Shown: in pieces, positions 1-7,627 of the stretch
Layout: every line of letters begins with the position of its first letter
Position numbering within the stretch: the stretch's first letter is position 1
IMG/VR virus record: IMGVR_UViG_3300023214_000441
Coordinates: 1-42,967 of that record
Length of the DNA stretch: 42,967 nucleotides
From: a virus
Lineage: Duplodnaviria > Caudoviricetes
Direction: 5' to 3' (one strand)
Program-made: the position numbers and the translations under genes
The notes under the pieces: generated by a model
What the model saw: the letters and a program-made list of their open reading frames with translations, nothing else
Database searches by the model: none
What the model was told of the DNA's origin: nothing

Positions 1-144
1 AGCGTGCCCACCGCGTCATTGGCCGCGCCGTCAGACCAGAAGGTAACAACCGACCCGTCGGACCTCACCGCCGCCGCGGCAACGCCAATAACGTCGCCCG
101 CATGCATCCGCTCGAGCAGACGCTGCAGCTTGTCCACCCCGTCC
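1..144. repeat. Terminal direct repeat, left copy (circular assembly overlap)
   Basis: 1-144 is identical to 42824-42967 except position 18 (a) vs 42841 (c). Confidence 0.95.
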
Positions 145-207
145 GGATCGACAGCCTCGCGCCGCGGCAGCAGATACACCAGGCCACCGCCAGCCTTCAG
201 GCGCACC

Positions 208-696
208 CTACCGATCCGACAGCCCGTCCTCCCCGTCCTCCCCATCATCATCCCCAGAGTGATCCACCACCTCTCCCTCGATAACCGACCCCGGCAAAAC
301 ACCGAGTTGCTCCATCACATCGCTCAGTAGCAGCTTATGATTGTGCTGAACCTCATGGCGCTCGCGATACTTCGCCGGCCGCCGCGCCTTGAGCATCATC
401 TCCGCCCCGCGCATCGCATTCCCATCGTCCATCGCCAGCGCCTTCTCCGTGACCTTATCCTCGATCCGATCCGTCCCAGCCTCAATCGCCTCATCCCACG
501 CCTCGGCAAAATCCGAATCCTCCGCACGCCACTTGCGAACCGTCGCCGTCGCCACCCCCGCCAGCTTCGCCGCCTTCGTGATCGACCACCCCTCCGCCAA
601 CTCTCGGCAAAACGCCGACTGCTTCTCCAATACCCGCCGGCGCTTCAAACCCGCCTCGCGAACCGCCCGTGGAGGAAATTCACCCTCTCCCATCAT
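208..696 (-). CDS. terS: Terminase small subunit-like HTH protein
   Basis: N-terminal HTH (AFCRELAEGWSITKAAKLAGVATATVRKWR), then DSDFAEAWDEAIEAG and MLKARRPAKYRER, a pattern typical of phage TerS. Confidence 0.7.
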   Translation of the reverse strand: MMGEGEFPPRAVREAGLKRRRVLEKQSAFCRELAEGWSITKAAKLAGVATATVRKWRAEDSDFAEAWDEAIEAGTDRIEDKVTEKALAMDDGNAMRGAEMMLKARRPAKYRERHEVQHNHKLLLSDVMEQLGVLPGSVIEGEVVDHSGDDDGEDGEDGLSDR

Positions 697-923
697 GTCC
701 CTCCTTCCCGGATCAGCGGTCGCACGGCAGCGATGAACCTCTCCGCATGCCGCCGGTCAGCCTCCGCAACGGCCCCGCCGGTGGCCATGCCGAGCAGAAA
801 GGATCGGGCCGCCCGCACGGGGTCGCAAACCGTCACGCCTTGTCCGATGCGTACCGGGCCGATGCCGTCCAGCATGCCAGCCTCAAGCCACCCGCAAAGC
901 ACAGCCGAAATATCCTCCATCAA
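693..923 (-). CDS. Hypothetical protein
   Basis: 76-aa ORF with a 4-bp overlap onto the terS start. Confidence 0.55.
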   Translation of the reverse strand: MMEDISAVLCGWLEAGMLDGIGPVRIGQGVTVCDPVRAARSFLLGMATGGAVAEADRRHAERFIAAVRPLIREGGT

Positions 924-1215
924 ATTCTATCTTCCCTAAAACCCATATCCAAACGATATAGCCCGTAATCGAACAGAGAAGACCACTCAGCGGCGAAGAT
1001 ACAAAAACCGCCCTCACCCCCATCCTACCCCCATAGCGCTAATCCTGACCCACTCCCCATCCCAATACGGCCATGCCAGCCAGAATGTAAACACCCCAAA
1101 TCGAACCAGACCAGAAATTTGGGGAGGGCAATGGGTCCTCCGCCGCCGCGAAGACGGGGTGGCTTTGGGGGTGGGGGGGTCGGTCGCCATGAAAAAACCT
1201 TAAGGTTGAGGGGCT

Positions 1216-1243
1216 TAGGCGCATAACCGCCATTATGTTAAAT
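1216..1243 (+). other. dif: dif-like XerC/XerD recombination site
   Basis: TAGGCGCATAA-CCGCCA-TTATGTTAAAT. The XerD arm is identical to E. coli dif (TTATGTTAAAT), the XerC arm shares GCGCATAA, and the central spacer is 6 bp. Confidence 0.85.
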
Positions 1244-1367
1244 TTATTCCCCTTGTGGATCAACGACTTAGCCTCGCTGGTACAGCGAGACGCCCAAATC
1301 GCCCTAATTAACCGCAGAATCCCGCCGGGTTTAACCAGAACGCCGCAACCTGTGCGCTTCCTCGCCA

Positions 1368-1844
1368 TCATGCATCCGCCCTGAAAATCAATCGCTTAGC
1401 CGCATGCAGCAGCGCTCGGGCATCGCCCGTCGTTTCCTCCGCCGCCTGGCAAATCTCGGCCGCGCTCGGGAAAAACCTGCATCTCCTCAGGCATTTACGC
1501 CGCGCGTCGTCGAGCGCCCATGCCGGATAGCCCGCCAGCACCTCGGCGTACTGCGCCTCGAGCATCGCCCACTGCCGGTCGCCCATGTCCCGCCGAGGCG
1601 GCAGCGCAGCCGCGAGCATGGCCAGCACGTCGAGCGCCTGGCCCTCCCTGCAGCCGGCGAGGCTGGCCTCGAGCTCGTCCGCCGTCCTGCGGATCTCGCC
1701 GAGCTCGTTCGCCGACAGGCTCGGCAGGTCGAGGAATCCGAGGCTATGCGTCGCCTCGAGCCGCTTGCGCACGGCGCGCGGCGGCTCGTAGGGCTGGGTT
1801 GGTGTACTGGCTCGGCTCGAGTGGGTCGTCAGGTGCTGCGCCAT
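1368..1844 (-). CDS. Putative helicase loader/replication accessory protein
   Basis: Follows the initiator gene; YAEVLAGYPAWAL...RFFPSAAEI resembles phage loader/inhibitor-type proteins. Start at ATG 1844 is my choice. Confidence 0.55.
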   Translation of the reverse strand: MAQHLTTHSSRASTPTQPYEPPRAVRKRLEATHSLGFLDLPSLSANELGEIRRTADELEASLAGCREGQALDVLAMLAAALPPRRDMGDRQWAMLEAQYAEVLAGYPAWALDDARRKCLRRCRFFPSAAEICQAAEETTGDARALLHAAKRLIFRADA

Positions 1845-2577
1845 TGGCGTTCCGGTCCTGTGGTTCGGGGCGTAGCGGGAATAATCCGATCCATCCCTGG
1901 GTGATTGATTGCTCGATGACGGCGTCTGGCGGGTGGCCATTGTCGCGCAGTTTGGCGAGTGTCGTCAATTGCCGCTGGGCTGTCGAGATCGTGAGTTTTT
2001 TGCGCTTTTCCCGGCGATACTCTGCCCAATCGCACCAGGCCATCAGGGACAGGCCGTCCGGGAGCTCGAGATTGCGGATTTGCTCGTCTGGTTTGGTTTG
2101 CGATTTCTTTTTTTTCGCCGGATTGGTTTTTTTTGGCGGATTGTCGGATTGACGCGTGGGTGACGCGTCGCTGTCGGCGTGGGGGGGGTTATGGGGGGGG
2201 TTCTGCTCTGTCTCTTCCTCTCCCTCTGTCTCTCCCTCTATTCTAGCATCTGCTAGCGTTTTGCTAGCATCCGCTTGCATCGTGCTAGCGTCTGCTTGCA
2301 CCACTTCCAGAAAACCGCGATTTATCAGTGGCTTAAGGTCAGGTAGGGTATTGAGGTAAGCGGCCCGCTGCAGGTATTCCGGGTCGGCATCGAATGTCCC
2401 GTCATCGTCGCCGGTCTTGGCGGCGATCAGCATGCAAGCGATTGCTAGCACGCGCTCCGAATCGCTAGCGGAGACCCAGTCGCGGCTCGTTAGTAGATCG
2501 CCGTGCAGCTTTATCCATGGTGGATTGCGATTTGTGTAGTGCTGATATCTTCGCCAATTGCGGATTTTCAGACGCAT
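1744..2577 (-). CDS. Phage replication initiator protein
   Basis: N-terminal IRNWRRYQHY..PPWIKLH, C-terminal AWCDWAEYRREKRKKLT..VIEQSITQGWIGLF; low-complexity middle carrying DNA repeats. Confidence 0.75.
   Translation of the reverse strand: MRLKIRNWRRYQHYTNRNPPWIKLHGDLLTSRDWVSASDSERVLAIACMLIAAKTGDDDGTFDADPEYLQRAAYLNTLPDLKPLINRGFLEVVQADASTMQADASKTLADARIEGETEGEEETEQNPPHNPPHADSDASPTRQSDNPPKKTNPAKKKKSQTKPDEQIRNLELPDGLSLMAWCDWAEYRREKRKKLTISTAQRQLTTLAKLRDNGHPPDAVIEQSITQGWIGLFPLRPEPQDRNANGAAPDDPLEPSQYTNPALRAAARRAQAARGDA
2090..2470. other. Putative replication origin within the initiator gene
   Basis: Clustered GCTAGC/GCTTGC repeats (2241-2300, 2432-2470) next to T-tracts (about 2090-2135), like the lambda O-gene ori. 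Confidence 0.6.
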
Positions 2578-2708
2578 GATCGCCTCTCAAGGTTCCCCTC
2601 GCCGTGCTGACAATTGCCGGAGATGGCGCTGGCGCGCTCGGGCTCACGACAAGGGGAAGCTTCAAAGGTCATCTTGGGTCTCCGCTCGGCTTGTCAGGGC
2701 CTCCGCGC

Positions 2709-2737
2709 ATGATGCGCTCGCGCTCGCGTGCTGTCAA
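2709..2737 (-). promoter_or_regulatory. Putative sigma70 promoter upstream of the initiator
   Basis: TTGACA (2737-2732), 17 nt, CATCAT (2714-2709). Confidence 0.4.
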
Positions 2738-2740
2738 TGG

Positions 2741-3115
2741 CTATCGGGGCGGCAGTCCGTGGCGCGCACGCCCGCCGATGGGCCCGCCGATCTGGCCGGC
2801 CTGCGAGCGCTGCTCCTGCAGCTGGCGGCCGTGCTCGACCTCCGCCTCGACGCCATCGACGGTGAGGCGCTCGCCGCGCTGCTCGATCTTGCCGGCCTCG
2901 AGGAGCCGGTCGATGAGCCGGCCCGCGCGCCTGGTCGAGCAACCGAGGATTTGCGCCAGATGGCGATGATCGCGCGGCGCCGAGCCGCCATGCACGTACA
3001 TGAGATCGAGCAGGATCGTGTACGCGCCTATGACGTCCGGCCCGAGGCCCTGGACGTGCTGGATATAATCGCGCGGATAGTGCCGGTACGATTCGACGCC
3101 TCGACGTCTGGCCAT
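2741..3115 (-). CDS. DUF1376/YdaU-like protein
   Basis: YRHYPRDYI..GLGPDVIGAYTILLDLMY..LAQILGCSTRR pattern; start placed at ATG 3115. Confidence 0.75.
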   Translation of the reverse strand: MARRRGVESYRHYPRDYIQHVQGLGPDVIGAYTILLDLMYVHGGSAPRDHRHLAQILGCSTRRAGRLIDRLLEAGKIEQRGERLTVDGVEAEVEHGRQLQEQRSQAGQIGGPIGGRARHGLPPR

Positions 3116-3279
3116 GGTCTTTCTCCTGCTGCTGCGGGCCGCAGGATATGCCGCCGCAGGCGGGCCCGCAAGGCGGCGCCGAAAAAATATGACGAGGTGG
3201 CGCATTTTTTGTCTTGACTTATACGACAGGATGGCATATATATGGGGCATCAACAGGGCACTGCCTCACAGATGGAGAG

Positions 3280-3606
3280 ATGATGATGGCACGGTTTCTC
3301 GACTCAACGATCAAACGCACCGACACTAATACAGTGGTGTTGACCTATAATGATCCGGATTGTCCGGGTGCGCGGGTTACACGCGCGTTTCATTGCCCGG
3401 ACGGCGGCGGATATGTCGTGGAGCTCATACCCTGCCGCGATCTAATGGGCCGCATGTCGGTTGAGCATCGACAGGTCACGCGCCCGCTTGGTTATCGTGG
3501 CGCAACGCTGCATGTTTCGTCACCCGATGATTTGGAGCGCGCGATCCGTTCTGGCTGGAAACAAACGGCCGCCGCGTGGGCAACTGCCATGCCATATTTG
3601 CAATAG
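3280..3606 (+). CDS. Hypothetical protein, first gene of a counter-oriented cassette
   Basis: GGAG RBS before ATG 3280; TTGACT..TATATA promoter-like sequence at about 3214-3242. Confidence 0.6.
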   Translation: MMMARFLDSTIKRTDTNTVVLTYNDPDCPGARVTRAFHCPDGGGYVVELIPCRDLMGRMSVEHRQVTRPLGYRGATLHVSSPDDLERAIRSGWKQTAAAWATAMPYLQ

Positions 3607-3628
3607 GAGAGAGAGAGAGAGAGAGAGA
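3607..3628 (+). repeat. (GA)11 dinucleotide tract
   Basis: Perfect GA x11 between the stop at 3606 and ATG 3633. Confidence 0.95.
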
Positions 3629-3632
3629 CGAC

Positions 3633-3809
3633 ATGACGCATCGACCCCTGACCCCCGAGCAGGCCATCGCACGGCTGGAAGCGTGGGCTGAGTATCACCA
3701 CGCGGCCGCCATGCGTTGTCCGGACGACGAAACCTGCCGCGCGCACCAAAACCAGCGCGACAACTACCGAGAGATCGCTGAGTGCATGAAACCGGATGAT
3801 GCGCAATGA
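3633..3809 (+). CDS. Small hypothetical protein
   Basis: MTHRPLTPEQAIARLEAW...; ATGA overlap with the next gene. Confidence 0.55.
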   Translation: MTHRPLTPEQAIARLEAWAEYHHAAAMRCPDDETCRAHQNQRDNYREIAECMKPDDAQ

Positions 3810-4015
3810 CCCCTCCTATGCCTCATGAAATCCAGCGCCTCCGTCATGCCGCGGGGCTTACGCAAACCGAGGCCGCCGAGCGTGTCCATACGAGCCTGCG
3901 CTCGTGGCAGCGCTACGAGAAGGGTGATCTGCCGATGCCGCCGGCGATGTGGGAGCTGGCGCAGTTCAAGATTCGTCCGAAAAAAGCATTCTCGGCCCGT
4001 CAAAGTGCAGATTAA
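3806..4015 (+). CDS. XRE-family HTH transcriptional regulator
   Basis: EIQRLRHAAGLTQTEAAERVHTSLRSWQRYEKG is a classic HTH_3 pattern. Confidence 0.85.
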   Translation: MTPPMPHEIQRLRHAAGLTQTEAAERVHTSLRSWQRYEKGDLPMPPAMWELAQFKIRPKKAFSARQSAD

Positions 4016-5384
4016 CCGTACCGCAGCGGCCGTGCCGATGCTTGGACACGATCAGCTCGGCGCGGTCGCGCGCGAGCAGCATCTGCTGTTCCCACGTTTC
4101 GCGCTTGGCCGCGTCGGTGGGCTCGGCATGCCTCAGGTAATATTCCTCGCGGTAGACGAACATGACGAGATCGGCATCCTGCTCGATGGTGCCGGATTCG
4201 CGCAGATCGGCGAGCTGGGGGCGCTTGTTGTCGCGCTGCTCGACGGCCCGGCTGAGCTGCGACAGGGCGAGCACGGGCACTTCCAGCTTCTTCGCGAGCG
4301 CCTTGAGCCCGCGGGTAATCTCGCCGATCTCCTGCACGCGCCCCTCGCCCCGCCGGTCGCCGCCGGACAGGAGCTGCAGATAATCGACGACGATAAGCCC
4401 TGCCCTGCCCGCGCGATGCATGCGCTGGGCCCGCGCCGAAAGCGCGGCGATCGACAGCGCCGGCGTGTCGTCGACGAACAGCGGCAGCGAACGCGCCTCT
4501 TGGCCCGCGCGCACCACCGCCTCGCAATCCACCATGTCCATGCGGCCCGTGCGCAGCGATTCCGCCGCCACACCCGAGCGCGCCGCCAGCACGCGGCCGG
4601 CAAGCTGATCGGCCGCCATCTCCAGGCTGAAGAAGGCCACCGGCGCGCCGTGCTCGCCATGCTCGCCATGGGCCGCCTGCGCCGCCGCCGCCGCCATCGA
4701 GACGGCGAGCGCCGTCTTGCCCATCCCCGGCCGGCCGGCGAGCACGATCAGGTCGGTGGGATGCAGCCCGCCGATGATGTCGCTCAACGATCGCAGCCCG
4801 GTGGTCACGCCCGACAGCCGATCCGGATCGCGGTACGCCGCCTCCATGCCCGCGACCGCGGCGTCCACCGCCGCGCCCATGTCGACGAACCCGCCGCCGC
4901 GTCGCTCATGCTCGTTCGCGAGCGCATAGAGATCGGATTCCGCCCGTTCGAGAAGATCGACCGCGGAAGTCGGCGACTCCGCCTCACCCGCCGATGCGGC
5001 GACATCCTCGCCAAATTCGATCAGCCGGCGCCGAACCGCAAGATCGACGATCGACTGCGCATAGTCGCGCGCCCCGATGATCGTCGCCGCCGCCGCCGCG
5101 AGCCGTGCGAGATAGGCGCCGCCGCCGACATCCGCGAGCGCCTCGTCGCTGTCGCAGGCCGGCTTGAGCTTGATCGGGTCCGCGGTGTGGTCGCGGTCGA
5201 TCAGCCGCAGGATGGCCTCATAGATGCGCCGATGGGCCGGCTCGAAGAAATGCTCGGCGCGCAGGAAATCGCGCACCTGGCCGATGACCTCGTTGTTGAC
5301 CAGCGCCGCACCGAGAAACGCCTGCTCGATCTCGAGATTGTGCGGCGGCGCACCATCCATGGCGTCGGCAGCCACGTCAGCCAT
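3966..5384 (-). CDS. dnaB: Replicative DNA helicase
   Basis: PPHNLEIEQAFLG, Walker A GRPGMGKT, FFSLEM, VVDYLQL, LSQLSRAVEQRDNKRPQLADLRESGTIEQDAD. Confidence 0.97.
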   Translation of the reverse strand: MADVAADAMDGAPPHNLEIEQAFLGAALVNNEVIGQVRDFLRAEHFFEPAHRRIYEAILRLIDRDHTADPIKLKPACDSDEALADVGGGAYLARLAAAAATIIGARDYAQSIVDLAVRRRLIEFGEDVAASAGEAESPTSAVDLLERAESDLYALANEHERRGGGFVDMGAAVDAAVAGMEAAYRDPDRLSGVTTGLRSLSDIIGGLHPTDLIVLAGRPGMGKTALAVSMAAAAAQAAHGEHGEHGAPVAFFSLEMAADQLAGRVLAARSGVAAESLRTGRMDMVDCEAVVRAGQEARSLPLFVDDTPALSIAALSARAQRMHRAGRAGLIVVDYLQLLSGGDRRGEGRVQEIGEITRGLKALAKKLEVPVLALSQLSRAVEQRDNKRPQLADLRESGTIEQDADLVMFVYREEYYLRHAEPTDAAKRETWEQQMLLARDRAELIVSKHRHGRCGTVNLHFDGPRMLFSDES

Positions 5385-5592
5385 CGGCCGCGGTCTCGAC
5401 CGGGCCGAAAATGTCGGGGCGCAATACCTCGCGCGGGATGCCGATTCGGCGTTCGAGATCAACGGCACGCTGCGGCGAGATCCGACCCCGCTCCCAATGC
5501 AGCACCGCCGAGCGATGCACGCCGAGGCGGCGCGCCAGCTCGGACATGCTGATCCCCTCGGACAGGCGGTATGCGGTCAGCGGATGGGCCAT
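5377..5592 (-). CDS. Cro-like HTH regulator
   Basis: SMSELARRLGVHRSAVLHWERGRISPQRAVDLERRIGIPREVLRPDIF; first gene of the leftward replication operon. Confidence 0.85.
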   Translation of the reverse strand: MAHPLTAYRLSEGISMSELARRLGVHRSAVLHWERGRISPQRAVDLERRIGIPREVLRPDIFGPVETAADG

Positions 5593-5598
5593 GCACAC

Positions 5599-5664
5599 AG
5601 TGTTGTGCATGGATCAACGGTTGTCAATTTTTTTGTTGACATCCGTTGCGAGCCGCTCAACACT
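5599..5664. promoter_or_regulatory. Symmetric divergent promoters with GTTG-N9-CAAC operators
   Basis: TTGACA-N17-AACACT on both strands (5636-5664 plus; 5627-5599 minus); palindromes at 5602-5618 and 5645-5661. Confidence 0.75.
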
Positions 5665-5693
5665 CTGGGCATGATCAATCCAAGGAAGCAACC

Positions 5694-5945
5694 ATGAGCG
5701 AAGAATACAAAATCGATGACGATGTGCCGATGCCGAGGCGGCGCGGGAAATATCCGTTGGGCGAACTCGATGTCGGACAATCATTTTTCGTGCCTGACGC
5801 CAGGACCGACCAAAGCCAGTTTGGCGACGGTCCGGTAATCGTACCAACCGTATCGGTTTATGGTGCCCAAAATGGGAAAAAATTTACATGTTTACGGCGC
5901 ACCGAAAACGGTGTCGTGGGCGTGCGCGTTTGGCGTAAGGAATGA
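5694..5945 (+). CDS. Small phage protein, probably DNA-binding
   Basis: KYPLGELDVGQSFFVP...GVRVWR is a recurrent phage family motif; AGGA RBS. Confidence 0.75.
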   Translation: MSEEYKIDDDVPMPRRRGKYPLGELDVGQSFFVPDARTDQSQFGDGPVIVPTVSVYGAQNGKKFTCLRRTENGVVGVRVWRKE

Positions 5946-6181
5946 CAGGGGTAAGTGCGATGTTGATGATTCTTGGCGTATTTATAGGTGCAGCTATTGC
6001 CGCCGCCGGACACTTTTTCATGTTCGTCTGGGTTGCCGACGAATTCGGAGAACGAGTTTTCGTTGTGGTATTCGTGCTGTACTTTTTTGGCGTCACGATG
6101 GCGGTTTTCTCCCTATCGTCCGAGGTCGAATGCGACTGGATTGTCTGCAAAGACGTGACGACTGAGGCTCGCCAACAATGA
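5942..6181 (+). CDS. Small two-TM membrane protein
   Basis: Two hydrophobic stretches; ATGA coupling on both sides. Confidence 0.6.
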   Translation: MTGVSAMLMILGVFIGAAIAAAGHFFMFVWVADEFGERVFVVVFVLYFFGVTMAVFSLSSEVECDWIVCKDVTTEARQQ

Positions 6182-6546
6182 CCAGTCCCTATCTCAACCG
6201 CCCCCTCCGCACCCGCGAGCAGGCCGAGGCCGACATCGCCGGGCGCGGCATCATCCTCTGCATGGTCTGCGGGCACGTCGGATGCCGCGGGCAGTGCCGG
6301 AGCCGGGCGACGGACCGCCGGCGCCAGATTACTACCATAGGGAGACATTGGCGGCCCGGCCATGTCCTGCCCGATCCCGTGCACACCCGACCGCCGGTCA
6401 AGTGCAGAAATCCACTTGCCAGATGGGCGCTCGCCGTCGGGGCCGCCGTCGTGCTCGGCGCGATGCTCGTCCATTTCGCCGCGGGACTGTTCGCCGGCAT
6501 GATGCTTTGGGCAATCGCCGGCCTGCTCTATTGGAGAGAATGGTGA
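6178..6546 (+). CDS. Hypothetical protein with Cys cluster and C-terminal TM helices
   Basis: CMVCGHVGC motif, hydrophobic C-terminus, coupled start. Confidence 0.6.
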   Translation: MTSPYLNRPLRTREQAEADIAGRGIILCMVCGHVGCRGQCRSRATDRRRQITTIGRHWRPGHVLPDPVHTRPPVKCRNPLARWALAVGAAVVLGAMLVHFAAGLFAGMMLWAIAGLLYWREW

Positions 6547-7202
6547 TTACGAAAGAGCAGCAGGACGCCATAGCGGATTATCTCGCCGAGCATTATATAC
6601 CGGCCGGTTTTGGGATCGATCCGATTGTCGCGATCAACCTTGCCTTGACTGGCGAATGTACGAACAAGATTCCCGCATGTATGTCGGAAGTGGTTGGGCG
6701 ATGGATTGTTGTTGTTCAGGACGCCATGCCCGACGATATACGCAATGGCGAACGCTGGAAAGCGCTCCTGCCGCTCGCCGCCGGCACCGGCCGGGAGCAT
6801 GAGCGTGAGCGAATGGACATCATTCTCGATTGGATGTGGTCCGTGGTCCTGCCTGATCGCCAGGCGGTAGCCGATGCCCGCGGATTTGGCGACGAGTGGC
6901 GCACGATGTGTACCGAGCGGACGGAGGCGGCCGCAAAGGTTGTTACAGGGGCTGTGTGGGTTACAAATGCCGGACGGGCCGCCGCTGACACCGCAGACGC
7001 CGCGTGGGCCGCTGCACGGGATGCCGCAAAGAATGCTAAAAGGGGCACCGCAGAGGCCGTCGCATGGGCCGCCGCAAATGCCATTGCATGGGCCGCCGCA
7101 GGGGCCGCAGGGGCCGCCGCAGATGCCGCACGGGCCGCGGCGTGGGAGCGATACGACCCGTGCGGGCTGCTGGAGCGGCTAATCAAAGTGAGACGGACAT
7201 GA
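6540..7202 (+). CDS. Hypothetical phage protein with Ala-rich AAWAAA repeats
   Basis: AINLALTG..PACMSEVVGRWIVVVQDAMPDDIRN..WKALLPLAAGTG; start placed at 6540. Confidence 0.7.
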   Translation: MVITKEQQDAIADYLAEHYIPAGFGIDPIVAINLALTGECTNKIPACMSEVVGRWIVVVQDAMPDDIRNGERWKALLPLAAGTGREHERERMDIILDWMWSVVLPDRQAVADARGFGDEWRTMCTERTEAAAKVVTGAVWVTNAGRAAADTADAAWAAARDAAKNAKRGTAEAVAWAAANAIAWAAAGAAGAAADAARAAAWERYDPCGLLERLIKVRRT

Positions 7203-7627
7203 CCCACTCGCCCACCGTTCTTGGCAAGATCATATACGCGGACGGCAGCGAGGAATCTGCGTGGAAGGCGCTTGAATTGGCGGCGGACGAAGAGCTTTTG
7301 CTTGCCCGCGAGCGACCCTATTGTCGCGGCGAGTCCACCACGGGCGAGGAGATAGACGCCGAGCTGCGCAAGCGTTGGCGCGCCAATATCGTCTCCTCCA
7401 TGCAGTGCCGGGCCAACGCCGAGTTGACGCGCTCAGGCTGGCCCATGCAGGATGCGTGGGATAGCTGGTGCATGGAGCAGATCAAGAGGATGGATACCAT
7501 GTCTGACGAAAATTCCGTCGATCCGACGCGATTGGAGTCGGCATTGAAGCGCCTTGACGAAGCCTATGACCGGGTCGAGCGAGCGCTCGAGCGGATTGAG
7601 AAAATCGAGAAGGAAATGAAGCGATGA
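7199..7627 (+). CDS. Hypothetical protein with C-terminal coiled coil
   Basis: ATGA coupling on both sides. Confidence 0.55.
   Translation: MTHSPTVLGKIIYADGSEESAWKALELAADEELLLARERPYCRGESTTGEEIDAELRKRWRANIVSSMQCRANAELTRSGWPMQDAWDSWCMEQIKRMDTMSDENSVDPTRLESALKRLDEAYDRVERALERIEKIEKEMKR

Noticed and set aside
1039-1371. 110-aa ORF across the dif region
   Set aside because: It runs through dif and G/C homopolymer tracts with atypical composition. A short translated N-terminal part cannot be excluded.
3825-5552. Long plus-strand ORFs opposite dnaB, portal, gp10-like and ejection genes (also 12726-14822, 14204-15766, 21545-23038, 29417-31276)
   Set aside because: Antisense shadows of GC-rich coding sequence; the opposite strand has the recognisable proteins.
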